DNA of 64,000 nucleotides from Macrostomum lignano (Eukaryota): NCBI GenBank assembly GCA_002269645.1, contig NIVC01000376.1, positions 310,001 to 374,000 of the forward strand, read 5' to 3'. Shown piece by piece: positions 45,546 to 58,469 of this stretch (position 1 is its first letter; each line of letters starts with the position of its first letter). The notes under the pieces were generated by a model. It saw only the letters and a program-made list of their open reading frames with translations, ran no database searches and was not told where the DNA came from. The position numbers and the translations under genes were made by a program.

Positions 45546-46283
45546 CACCTGCTATCTATATGCTGACTAAAATTAGATAAAGCCGACATTATACCAATGC
45601 AATTTGGTTGATAATGTCTTCTCTAGTTAATCAGTCATATTGATTTATAATTTCTTAATTTCCCTAGATATCATCTTGATGGTGCCCATAAAGCTACTAC
45701 TTTGTACTCAAAGTAACTCAAATTAACTACTTTGTACTCAATATAATCAATGCACGAGTTTGCCTTGAAGGCACAAACTTTTTACAATAATAACTTAGAG
45801 CACAGTATGCTCATCCCTATTATCCTTCGTGATGTCACTACAGCCCAAAAACATTGTAGGATTGTAGGCCTGCAACAACCTGCAGCAGCTGCTGTACAAT
45901 ACAGCTTGTATTACACAATGTCACTGACTACTTCCCGACTACTAAATAGAAGTGCTTATTCAATCAATTCTTACAGTTCTACTCCTGTAATTTATTAAAC
46001 CTAATGCTTTCATTTTTGTAATTACTTGAACTGAAATAAATGCAAAGCGCACAACAAATACACTATTTTAGATTTCCAATAGGAATAAACGAATAACAGT
46101 AAATACAATCAGACATGTGGAGCCATTTTTTCAAAAGAGCAAAATTATACCTGCTAATGAAAATATGCATCTACTACTACTAATTCCAGTAAGTAGCAAG
46201 CTAAAGCCTTAACCAAGCTGTAAGTGTCTAAGTGAAATTATATTTATGGTTCTTATTTATTTTCTTATTGGGGGCAAGAGGAT

Positions 46284-46572
46284 TCATACATGCGCAACCT
46301 CCAAAATTCGGTCGGCCGTGCGACTTAGTTTTAACAAAAATGCGACGTAGTTTTTGGCCAAAAATGCGACTTACATGTAAAAAAACTCGAAAGCAAAATT
46401 AACGCAACTTTGGGTAAACGGCAGGAGTAACTATGACTGTATTATAAAGCCTCGTCAGCTACTTAGTACTACTACTCTGTTTTTTCGGGTCGGCATTTTT
46501 GCGACTTCCTTGGTTGGCCGCCAAATCGGTCGGCCGGATCGGCCGACTCGGCCGACTGTTGCGCATGTATGA
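46284..46572. mobile_element. MITE with 15-bp TIRs and 6-bp TSD carrying a 28S rDNA-like segment
   Basis: TIR TCATACATGCGCAAC (46284-46298 / 46558-46572); direct repeat GAGGAT on both flanks; subterminal CGGCCG and AAAAATGCGAC motifs. Confidence 0.8.
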
Positions 46573-48269
46573 GAGGATTGAATGCACCTTGGCACTTGCA
46601 CTTAAATTAACACTGTCACACAACTTGGCAAGTGACACTATTGCCCAATCTGCTAACTTTCTTGAGCAGACACAATTGCATAGATATGTAGGCATTCCTA
46701 TACATATATACATGTGCAACACCTTAAATTTTACCTAGACAGTGCAATAAAGGTTTCAAGAAAAATTACATTTGTTTCCAGAAAACCTTATGAGAACCTT
46801 AAACCTCTATATAAAATTTAAATATTTCATTGCCCTTTCTTTTTGAGTTGCTTGTTTTTTTTAAAAAAATGTTTTTTCGTTTCTTATATCTTTCTCTTGT
46901 TTTATTCATTTAGTTTTCAATAGTTCACCCTATAAACCACTTTTTAAATTTTTGGTACTTGGTTAATCAGTCTTGCAATATGCCTACTTAGGCTATCCTA
47001 TTTGGCTAGGTGTTGCACATGTATATATGCACAGTCAACAAAATGTATGACTGAACTTGAAATTAAGCCTGGGCTACTAACTTATAAGAGAACTATGCTA
47101 GACTACTAGGCTATGGCCTTTTGTATCTATAGTTAAGATTAGCTAATAGAAAATTAGAACTCATAATCTTGGGAATGCCTAAAGACTAAACAATTGAATG
47201 CTTAGGTAATTGCTAAATGATACAAGAATTATTCTAAAAAACACAAGAAATAGTAGACTGCTTGGTACATTCTAAAAATATTATCAAAAGTAAATACTAA
47301 AAATTCTCCTTAGATTTATACTTAGACTTACATTTAGAATCATACATAGACCTATAATATTCAGGCCTTATTCTACGCTCAAGCATTGTACGCTCAAGCA
47401 GCCTAGTCCGAATGGACACCGGGTTGTAGGCATATGAGGACCATAGCCAGGGTCAGTGCACGAACTTGGGTCTGGGAAAGGGGCACGAAAGGACCGAGCC
47501 TTGAGCCCCATCACAACAATACCAATTAGCTAAACAATGTCTAGCCTCTTGGACATTGTGTGCTACTAAGACAATCTATGTTTATGGGAAAGTCTAGAGT
47601 AACTAATATAAAATAAGAAAAAAGGGACCTTAGGACAACTTAGTATCTATGGTGAGATTTTAGAATAGAGGAATTAGAACTGCATCAACTTGGGGTTAGT
47701 AGTAGGATAAATACTAAAATAAGCCTCCTTTTTTGCAATGATTTTTTAGCAATTTAGTAGGATTTGATTAGATAGGAGTACAACAGCTATAACAACTTGG
47801 TGGCATTGCTAAGATTAGACAAATACCCTCTAACAACTTAGTCACCATGGTGAGATATACTTTGTGAAAAGAGTCAGCCTGTTACAACTTGGTGGCATCA
47901 TTAGGATCAGGGTGATTTAGAAATAGAAACCTGAGATAGTGCATTGATAATACTGAATATATGTTACGTGTTTCTTTTTATGTTTCTTAGAAAGCCTTAT
48001 TTTAAATCCATGCTAAAAACATTTTTCTTTGTTTAAATGTTGTGAATTACAAAAAAAATTTGCAATCAATCTTTGTTATAAACAGTAAAGAATTTTTGTA
48101 TAAAAAGAAGCCTAGAGCAGGTCAAGAAAGCAACTATCTGCGAGCTAGCAAATTTGCTTAGCAAACTAATATAATTGTTCTATATTAAAATTGCTATTTG
48201 CAGTATTTAAAAGACTCATTCATTTCTTAAAGTTTCAAATTTAAAGCCCCATATTGGGAATATCAGAAA

Positions 48270-48440
48270 TCCGCTGAAAGCAAGAATCGCCTCAGGGTAG
48301 TAATCACTAAAGAGTGGCAGAATTGCCTCAGGGAGTTATCACTATAGTGGCAGAATCTCCTTGGGGAGTAATCACTATAGAGTGGTAGAATCGCCTTAGA
48401 GTAGTAATCACTATAGAGTGGCAGAATTGCCTCAGGGCAG
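48270..48440. repeat. Short degenerate minisatellite GAATTGCCTCAGGGAGTAATCACTATAGAGTGGCA
   Basis: About 5 copies. Confidence 0.75.
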
Positions 48441-50062
48441 TAAAATTGCTTTGAAGCTATGATCCCGGGAATGCCCAAGACTGAGAGAGAAATCCCTATA
48501 AGGAGTCAATAGTGAAAGTAAAATAGACAGTGCCATTAGACCAATTAGGCCAGAAGTACAATACATGTACAAATGCTACCAATAGATAGATATCTGCTAC
48601 TTATACAAAAGTAGATAGAGAAGTAGATAATCTACCAGTAGACATAAGCATTAAGTACATTCATGCGCTACTAGTAAAAGTACATTAATAATTGTCAATA
48701 GTTGAACAAATGAATTACCCCCCAGCACAGCTTTTGGTGGCAGCAAATAAGATTATCCCAGAATAAAGAAGAGAGAGAGCCCTGAGACAGCTTTTGGTGA
48801 CAGTGAAAAGATTGTTTCAAAGGAAAGAAGTACCTCTGCATCAACTTGGTGGCAGCAGTAGGATCTTTTATTATATAGGAATCAGCCCTATGTCAAAACC
48901 TATAACAAATTGGTAGCAACAATGGAATTATTTAAAAATAGAAACACCCTTGCAATAAAGACTTAAAGCCATTAAGGCAATGATTTGATAGGTAGAAAAG
49001 ATACAATTAATTTTTTTTAGATATGAATGAATACTGCCAATTTTAAGCCTTTGAGAGATAAGCTTGAAAGTTCCTAGAGAAGTTGAGGACTCAAGCAATT
49101 AAGATAGTTATAAACATTTTTTATCTTGTATAAGCTTAATACTTGATTAAAAACTGCCATAATTGGCTTTAGCCTTGTATTTATTATAAGACATGATTAA
49201 TAAGTGGATAGAATGATTCAAAAGGGATATAGAGCTAAACATAATGTTATAATATATATTAGATTCTATTAGGCCTATATGGTAAGGTTCAGAGTGCTTT
49301 TGATTATAAAAGCTCATTAATCCTATTTAAAGGCTTATTATACCTAATATTTAGCCAATATACTAGGATAACATTTTTGTACAAAATCGTAGATTCATTC
49401 TATGCACACTAAAAGAAACTTGCACACTTGTTTCTACATTGTTAACAAACTTATGCAGCTATGCAGACTTTTTATAAAACATCTTATACAATAAGAAAAC
49501 TGGAAATAAGTATGAACTATTTGAAAAAGTTTGTATTCCACTTATGACACAAACTTTTAGCATGTAAGAGGCAATTTTAACTTCATAAGAAGGTCATTTA
49601 TTGTTGAAATCACAAAAAGGTTTTTATTATTAAAACTATAGTAAGTTTTGTTGTCAGATGTAGAAAAAACTTGCACAAAAAAGTCATTGATTAATTTATT
49701 TATAAAGGTAGTGTTCTGCCATAGCCATAGCTATGGCTACAGGATCCTACAGCAAATACAGTAAAATAGGTGCCTATAGCAGCTGCGGATATGCCTATGG
49801 TAGCTAGCTGCCAGAACACTAATAAAAGGACAAGAATAGAATAACAATATCTGTGGTCTAAAGATTAACATTCCATTTATAATACTCTTTTATAAGAAAA
49901 AATAAAAGTTGTATAATTGTATCTTGCCACTATTGGAATAGCCTAGAATCACCAAAACCTGCAAACACCATGCAAGGGTACTTCAAAGGGCCACACCTAT
50001 ATAGCCCTATTTGAATAAGTGACTTTGACACTCTTGTGCAGGACTAAGAAAAGTTAAGTTAT

Positions 50063-50340
50063 TTATGTGCATATGCAACTGGGTAAATGGCGAGAGACTG
50101 AAGGGCAGCACACGCGCAGGTCCACAGTTTTACAACTTTTTCATAGGGGCAAGAGTAACTATGACTATCTTATAAAAGATAAATGCCTTGTTCTGTTGTT
50201 TAATTAAAACTACTTTTATATTCTTTTAGTTAGGCATTTTTGTGACTCATCCCTAGTCTACATACTCTACCACAATTTATAAACCTAGTTACTGGATCAG
50301 TCAGGTTGGCCAGCACTGCCCAGCAGTTAAACATTTATGA
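50063..50340. mobile_element. Degenerate second copy of the 46284-46572 MITE family
   Basis: Shares GAGTAACTATGACT, GGCATTTTTG(C/T)GACT and degenerate TIR-like ends; some differences are CG to TG. Confidence 0.55.
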
Positions 50341-51090
50341 TATTTCCTTTTCCTATGAAATTTATGCATAGAAAAAGATTGTAAGATGAAATTATAAATA
50401 GTAAAACAGTCTTAGGCTTAAAATGTTACTAATCTAGGCTAGGCCTATCATTGGCAATTAGCATTGTATCTGGGTGAATAGGCCCAAATATAGGCCTAGG
50501 CCAGTAGGCCTTATCCTACCCTAAGCTAAGGCTGGCTAAGCCTATACTATACTAGGCCTACACAATGTCACAATGACAATGATCTCTACTACACCCTCCA
50601 CCCAACAATTTTGAGGTCTTAAATTTAAACTGAATAGGCCTAGGCCCTATGCTCTATGCCTATAGGCTATGGCTAAGCAATCACAAAAATAATTTCCTAA
50701 GCTAATAATAGGCCCCTAACGCCTAATAAAGTAAATATTTTATAATAAAAAGGCCCTAACAATTATACAAAACACAATACACAATTGTTTAGGCCTAGGC
50801 CTATCTATACAATTAACAACTATACAATACACATCACATCCATGCTGCTTTAGTTGAGTGAGTGGCATCTGCTGCCTTTTCATCTGCCGGCAGAAAAATG
50901 ACTTTCTAAAAATAAAACCTAAAGAAATGTTAAATAGATTGTTACATTTTAATAATATATTACGAGACATGTCAAGATTTATCATGATTAGATGATCCTT
51001 TAGGTGTAATTTTGTTTCTCAAAATATGTCAGAGAAATATGATAACTCTCTATATAATAATTAAAACATCTGGTAAGAAGAGATTGTCAC

Positions 51091-52513
51091 TGTGACGAAT
51101 TTAGATCGATTAGTAATGGACGATATCGATGTTGCGTCGGATGTCGAGAGTTTATTTTAATCAATTCACAATTGATTAACAACCTCGTATGTCTGATACT
51201 ATAGATAGCAGCAAGCGTAGCGTAGTACTAGTAGTATTGTAATAAGACGGTACAGCATGGAGCTGGAGGAAGGCATGAGCATGAGCGATCGAGCAAGAAA
51301 AAGATTTGATATGTAATATCAATGTAATATGTTTTATATTGAGGTGGGGTGGAGAAAGAAAAAGAAAATAAGATAAGTGGGCCGTCGGGTTTTGAAGTTG
51401 GGTTTCTTAGAAAAACCGATCGGCGTCGCGTTCGCACGAATAAATCCGGAAAATCGTGCAGACGAATCGCAACAAAATCTTTCTCCTGTTATACTCCGGC
51501 AGCCGGGTTCTCAAGTCCAGGGGAGGGTAGTCGTAATCGTAGCGGAGCGGTCGTTAGCGGCACGGTCGTTCAAATGGTAGACACCGAAGGTTCTGGCGTC
51601 GTACTGAGAGCTTATTACTTTCAGTAGGGTAGTTGCTGCCACCACCGTAATTTCGTATTACGGAACGAATGAAGTCTCAGAGCTTTCGTTGAGATGAGAA
51701 CTTTGGTTGTTTTACGCCCCACGGGCAAATAACTTAAGATAAGCTATATAGGCTTCTTATTAGTTAATGAAAAAGTACTATTGCTGATTATTAACTGAGT
51801 GTTGGAAAATAAATAATTAGCAGGCAGGTAATAAATATTACGGTGCGACCAAAATGATTCGACGAGCAGAGCCGGAAAATAGGAAGAAGCAGACGAGGAG
51901 AACAACAACACCAATTCCTCTCTCTCTCTTTTCCTCTCTCTTCAAAAACTGATTAGCAGCGCTTGAAGCATGCAATATAAATTTTAGTTAACATAAATTC
52001 CAACAACAGGGGCGAAACTTGGACGGGCAGCTGGGCAGCTGGTTTGGCAAAGGAGTGGGCACAAGGTTGAGCAATAGCAGTTTACGCAGAAATTAACGAG
52101 GAAAAATAACAAAACAGGAGTGGGGAAACATTGATTCAATAGGTGGGACATATATTGGAGGAACAAAAATTGGGACAAAGGACAACATCGGGAAAGTGAC
52201 GAAATAAACAACTATTGAAAAGAAAAATACGCAACATTTCCGGGAGTTGGGGCACGTAATTAATTCTCAGGAACTTAGTAAATTGAACGCGAAAAAAATA
52301 TTAAAGGAATTGCAAAATCGAAGTGGCAACCCGACTGCCACAATATACTGCAAGATATTTCTATGAACTATACGGTATAGTATAACAAAAAATACGTTAA
52401 CGCTAAATAAGAAAGTAAATTTAGGTGTAATGATGTAAAAAGAGATAAAAATGCTGCACATGTACGACGCAGAATAAGAGTTTAGAAGCATAAAAGAAAG
52501 TGACATCGTCACA
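51091..52513. mobile_element. Probable solo LTR (1423 bp)
   Basis: Termini TGTGACGA...TCGTCACA (8-bp inverted); flanks GTCAC / CTCAC resemble a 5-bp TSD with one mismatch; no long ORF. Confidence 0.55.
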
Positions 52514-52759
52514 CTCACCATGAACTTGCGACCGAGAGAATGCTTGTATTTGTCAAAGTATCAAGTATATATAGAAATAGAAAGTATGCATCCGTGCGAG
52601 GGGCGCTGAGCAATTTGATCGCTGAGCAACATGCTGAGCAACATGCTGATCGCTGAGCAACATACAACGTACATGTACATGTACATGATTGTGGTTTGGG
52701 GATGATTGGGGGTGCGGGGGAGCATACAATAAAATACAATTACGGCATCTCGATCTCTT

Positions 52760-54175
52760 TTAATTGGTGAAGCGATCGATATTCCATCAGCGCAATTTCT
52801 GGCTGATCGGCTTCCTCATGATGTTCTTCGCTACTTTCTTTGACTGCCTTCTCAGCCATCGATCCCGTTTGGATTGCGCGTATCCGGGTGTCGTCCACGA
52901 AACCAAACTGTGAAACTTAAACGAGAGAATGGGGGACCATTAGCACTGACCACTTCTTGGATGATCCCGAACCTGGCGAACATCGACTACTGATTAATGC
53001 GAGCAATTATCGACACCGATCAGCTCCAAACGCCATTGACCCACGTTCCCATTGAAGTCCAGCAGATGACAACCAACCTTGTTCCATGGTGTATTCAGAA
53101 TCTGGCTCCTTCGGGTTGGCCGGCTGAAACGTCTGATGCGTGCTGCAGTGCTTCGTGAAGTTCTTAATGTCCGTTGATATACCATAGCTGCAGCCAGTAT
53201 AGAATTTGACGATCGAGCTCAGGCCTCCGTCTTGCCCACACCAAGCATGCAAATGACCTTGTGTAAAAGTTGGATGCAGAATCTTCTGCCGCAAGGAGGC
53301 TGGAACAATAACTCGATCCAACTTCGTCGGTACGCCATCATATATATTGTAAGTCAATTCCTCTTTGAATCTCCAATGGACGGACAGATAACCAACCTGA
53401 ACAAACCGCGCGAACAGCGCTGGCTACAACATTCAAGTCCGAATATTTGCGGGTCTCGTCTCGGCCGGATTTCCTGCAAGCGAATGGCAGAAATCGGGAG
53501 GCTCAATTGCTCATCTGATGCACCTCCACCTCGATTTCGTCGTCCAGGAGAGCAGCCTCGGCCTCCGAAAGGTAAGCTCTTGAAAAGCGTAACGGCAATT
53601 AGCATCTTAGATTCCGCTGCCAGAATTACACTCGAATTGTATCTTTTGAGCTGTTCAGTATTCGATCAGAGCAACGCGTGGCGGAACATGCAGCAAGTCA
53701 CGCTTAAAAATAACCTCCAAGGGTCTTGTGGTCTGTAGTCACTCGTACTACACTGGAAGGCCAAAAGTAGTCAGGAAATTTCTTGCAGGCAATATAACAG
53801 CAGCCAGCTAGCAGAGTCCTACTCAATTGCTGCTTCTCTTGACAGTCGAAAACATGAGCAGTGCACGAAGAGGGTCAGTAGTGATGTCCGACGCATTCGG
53901 AATGAATCTTTCCCATCCTAGGTAGGTTGCCATTCCAAGCAGCCGCAACCACTAGCTGCTTGCTTATCGCCTGGAACCGGAAGCTCCAGATCTGGACTGA
54001 ACGAACACCGTCAGATGAAATCACGTGACCGACATAGTTTACTGAAGAAACACCAACTTTCGGATTCTTGCGATTAAGCTTTTTAGATTCGACTGACGTG
54101 TCTCATTGAGCACACAGCTTGAGAAGCTTTTTATGGTTTCGTCCCCAAACAAGTATATTGTGACGTCTTCCAATA
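52760..54175 (-). pseudogene. Eroded Ty3/Gypsy pol remnant (RT-RNaseH-integrase order)
   Basis: Frameshifted fragments: SVNYVGHVISSDGV and FIPNASDIT..PLRALL (RT), VTTDHKTLEVIF..PPR (RNaseH), VIVPASLRQKILH..GISTDIKNFTKHC (Zn-binding), PWNKVGC.LLDFNG, EVVSANGP, YAQSN..AEKAVK (integrase core). Confidence 0.8.
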
Positions 54176-54869
54176 AGACTATAACACAGAAAGCCGCAAT
54201 TAATTGGGCAAGTAAAAATTAGAAAAGTTCGACAAGCCCGCGCTTATATTTGCATCAGAGCAGAATTACGAGCGTATTACACGATTCATAATTTCCATAA
54301 ATATTTTTTATTCGCGTAACATTTTATTTACGTAAAATCCTACTTATAGTAGAGTAGTAAGAAAAAATGTAATAAAAAACTAAACTTGTTATTTTGTAAA
54401 ACGGCCCTTTCTATAGGGCCTCTTTGTCACGACACAACACATCATCAACAATTATCTCAGTCCAGCTACTGAAGATTTTGATTAGCTCACATTGGTAAAC
54501 TTCCGAGGCATCAATAGTTCCCGGGGGCAGGCAGGTTAACTTTGATTAACGGTACAAAATTACCATTTCCATTAATTCGTTCACTATAATCTTACATTGC
54601 TACTTGTAATAGAAAGCAATGCAACATACAAAGCTGGTACATAATAATGTGTTTCTGATTTATCAAACAAAAAAATCCACTAACAAAACTCCTAGAGTAA
54701 ACACAACACTCTACAGTTACATAGTAAGTTCTGCAGCTGTGCAAACTTTGGGTAGGTAAAAAATCCAATAATGAAGAATAAGAAATGCTTCGTTGGATCC
54801 CAGGGATTTGCGATTTATATATATACACAGAATCTGCGCTACATACACGTATATAAGTTAACTGACGTC

Positions 54870-56140
54870 CTACCCCTGATCTGTCTCACTCTACCCCTGA
54901 TCTGTCTCACTCTACCCCTGATCTGTCTCACTCTACCCCTGATCTGTCTCACTCAACCCCTAATCTGTCCCACTCTACCGTTGATCTGTCTCACTCTACC
55001 CCTGATCTGTCTCACTCTACCCCTGATCTGTCTCACTCTACCCCTGATCTGTCTCACTCTACCGTTGATCTGTCTCACTCTATACCCCTGATCTGTCTCA
55101 CTCTACCCCTGATCTTTCTCACTCTATACCCCTGATCTGTCTCACTCTATACCCCTGATCTGTCTCACTCTACCCCTGATCTGTCTCACTCTACCCTTGA
55201 TCTGTCTCACTCTACCCCTGATCTGCCTCACTCTACCCCTGATCTGTCTCACTCTACCCCTGATCTGTCTCACTCTACCCCTGATCTGTCTCACTCTACC
55301 CCTGATCTGTCTCACTCTGCCCATGATCTGTCTCACTCTACCCTTGATCTGTCTCACTCTACCCTTGATCTGTCTCACTCTACCCTTGATCTGTCTCACT
55401 CTACCGTTGATCTGTCTCACTCTATAACCCTGATCTGTCTCATTCTGCCCCTGATCTGTCTCACTCTACCCTTGATCTGTCTCATTCTGCCCCTGATCTG
55501 TCTCACTCTACCCCTGATCTGTCTCACTCTACCCTTGATCTGTCTCACTCTACCCTTGATCTGTCTCACTCTACCCCTGATCTGTCTCACTCTACCCTTG
55601 ATCTGTCTCACTCTACCCCTGATCTGTCTCACTCTACCCTTGATCTGTCTCACTCTGCCCATGATCTGTCTCACTCTACCCTTGATCTGTCTCACTCTAC
55701 CCTTGATCTGTCTCACTCTACCCTTGATCTGTCTCACTCTACCGTTGATCTGTCTCACTCTATAACCCTGATCTGTCTCATTCTGCCCCTGATCTGTCTC
55801 ACTCTACCCTTGATCTGTCTCATTCTGCCCCTGATCTGTCTCACTCTACCCCTGATCTGTCTCACTCTACCCTTGATCTGTCTCACTCTACCCTTGATCT
55901 GTCTCACTCTACCCCTGATCTGTCTCACTCTACCCTTGATCTGTCTCACTCTACCCCTGATCTGTCTCACTCTACCCTTGATCTGTCTCACTCTGCCCAT
56001 GATCTGTCTCACTCTACCCTTGATCTGTCTCACTCTACCCCTGATCTGTCTCACTCTACCCTTGATCTGTCTCACTCTACCCCTGATCTGTCTCACTCTA
56101 CCCTTGATTTGTCTCATTCTGCCCCTGATCTGTCTCTGTC
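54870..56140. repeat. 21-bp minisatellite TGATCTGTCTCACTCTACCCC
   Basis: About 60 copies with a roughly 338-bp higher-order duplication. Confidence 0.95.
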
Positions 56141-56544
56141 TCTACTCTCACCCACATGCACTCGCCGCTTACTTTTTGCACTCGCGTTTTCCTTTATCTT
56201 TCTAGGAACTCATTTCTGTTGACTAAACCTGCAGTCAATTGGTGCTGCCCACACGCTCAGTCAAAGCGGCATGGTGTATCGAAAATTCTCACAGGGGTAG
56301 AGTTTTTGTATCTGAAGCAGATCTGCAAAAGAAGATACGAACACCTACCTAGCTTCTGCTTTGATACACAAAGCGCTGAAAACTTCAACAGTAAATCGAT
56401 CATCTCAGCCCTGTTAATTTTGAATCGAAGCACAGCGCAGATTGACGTCTTTGACTTGTACATGTAGCGTTGTCAGTGCTTATTGAAGCTGAAAATAAAA
56501 TATAGAAACAACTTTTTAGGTTGACTGCTTGGGAGTTACTAACG

Positions 56545-57230
56545 CCTCACAGCATCTCTACAGCATCACTACAGCACCTCTACAGCACCTCTACACGCCC
56601 CTACAGAACCTTTACAGCACTTTTACAGCACCTTTACAGCACCTCCACACAGAACCTTTACAGCATCTCTACAAAACCTTTACAGCACCCTTAGAGAACC
56701 TCTAAAGCACCTTTACAGCACCTCTAAAGCACCTTTACAGCACCTTTACAGCACCTCTACAGCACCTTTACAGCACCTCTACAGCACCTCTACAGCACCT
56801 CTACACGCCCCTACAGAACCTTTACAGCACCTCTACAGCACCTCTACAGCACCTTTACAGCACCTCTACAGCACCTCTACAGCACCTCTACAGCACCTTT
56901 ACAGCACCTCTACAGCACCTCTACAGCACCTTTACAGCACCTCTACAGCACCTCTACACGCCCCTACAGAACCTCTACAGCACCATTACAGCACCTCCAC
57001 ACAGAACCTTTACAGCACCCTTACAAAACCTCTACAGCACCTCTACAGCACCTTTACAGCACCTCTACAGCACCTTTACAGCACCTCTACAAACCTTCCT
57101 CTACAAACATTTACAGCACCTCTACAGCACCTCTCTGCAGCACTCCTAGAGAACCTTTACAGCACCCTAGAGAACCTTTACAGCACCCCTAGAGAACCTT
57201 TACAGCACCTCTATAGCACCTCTTTAGCGC
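56545..57230. repeat. 11-bp minisatellite ACAGCACCTCT
   Basis: Direct tandem copies. Confidence 0.92.
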
Positions 57231-57880
57231 ATCCCAAACTCCCAAATGCATTCCCTGGCACCCCTATGACGCTTTCACAACAGATCAGCAATTGCACCTC
57301 CTCAACACTGATGCGGTGAAATCAGGTAATATTTTATTTTTATATTAAAATCAGGCCATCTAAAAAATTAAATTGTTTTGCAGCAAAAATATAATTTGAA
57401 ACACGAGCGCCACTTTGCTCCGGAAAATGTTGATTTTCAACATTTCTAGAAGTCCAATAGAAGTCAATTTGGTTTATTAAAATTCTGGTTGAACAAGCCC
57501 AAAGTCTTGCATCAATAAGATTGAATAGGTCATAATTTATTGTTTTGGATGGTCAAAAATATCTTTATTGCTTATTTATAGCTTGGCAGAAACCTTCCGA
57601 CCCATGGAGTCTCTACAAAAAATACACTTTATTGCATTTTGTCTTCTGGTGTAATAATATAAAGATAAATTTCAAAATAAATTGAAGCATAATATCATTC
57701 AAATTTTGACGGGTTATGACATACGGCTGAAAAAAATCTAATAAATCCGATCTGTAGCTAGCGGATGCTCCCGAAATTTGCTTTGTTAAAATCGTGTCAT
57801 TCTAAAAACGAGCAGCACACTTTGTTGTCAAGCGCTCGGCGGTGTTGCTTCTCGTCTCGCTTCAACCAACTGTCAAGGTA

Positions 57881-58469
57881 TTAGAGACCATTGTTCACGT
57901 GATGGCAGATCACTGCGCACCGACGCATGACGCATCGATAGCTCAGGCTGTTGTGCCGCCTGGCGCAGTCCCTGTTGGTGAAGCACTGGACACGAAGCAC
58001 GTAGCAGTCACCGTTAGAGTGAAACAAAAATCGCTTGTTGATGGCAGGGCCCTGCTGCTGCGGCTGGTTCTCCGACTGCTGCAGGTTGCGGGCTCTGGGG
58101 TCAATGCTGAGCCACTCGAGTGCTGGGTTGGGGTCCTCGTCCACTGCGCGGTTGGTTGGTTGGTTGGTTGTTGTTGGTTGGTTGGTTGGTTGGTTGGTTG
58201 GTTGGTTGGTTGGTTGGTTGGTTGGTTGGTTGGTTGGTTGGTTGGTTGGTTGGTTGGTTGGTTGGTTGGTTGGTTGGTTGGTTGGTTGGTTGGTTGGTTG
58301 GTTGGTTGGTTGGTTGGTTGGTTGGTTGGTTGGTTGGTTGGTTGGTTGGTTGGTTGGTTTGTTGATAAAAAGACTTACCCAGTCCAACGTGAAAGCCGCC
58401 AACAAAGACTATTGGGCCAATGCCAGCTACTAGAATCGCAAGCAGAGCAGTTCTCAGTTGAGTGTGCAT
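57881..58469 (-). CDS. Two-exon secreted cysteine-rich prepropeptide (117 aa)
   Basis: Exon 1 58469-58379 (hydrophobic leader [25 protein letters not shown], donor G|gtaagt). Intron 58378-58144 is almost pure (CCAA)n. Exon 2 58143-57881 is in phase, with a KR site followed by a 49-aa peptide with 6 Cys. Confidence 0.6.
58150..58360. repeat. (TTGG)n microsatellite forming the intron of the cysteine-rich peptide gene
   Basis: Near-perfect tetranucleotide tract. Confidence 0.95.

Noticed and set aside
54771-56205. LPLICLT and GRVRQIK repeat ORFs
   Set aside because: 21-bp minisatellite translations.
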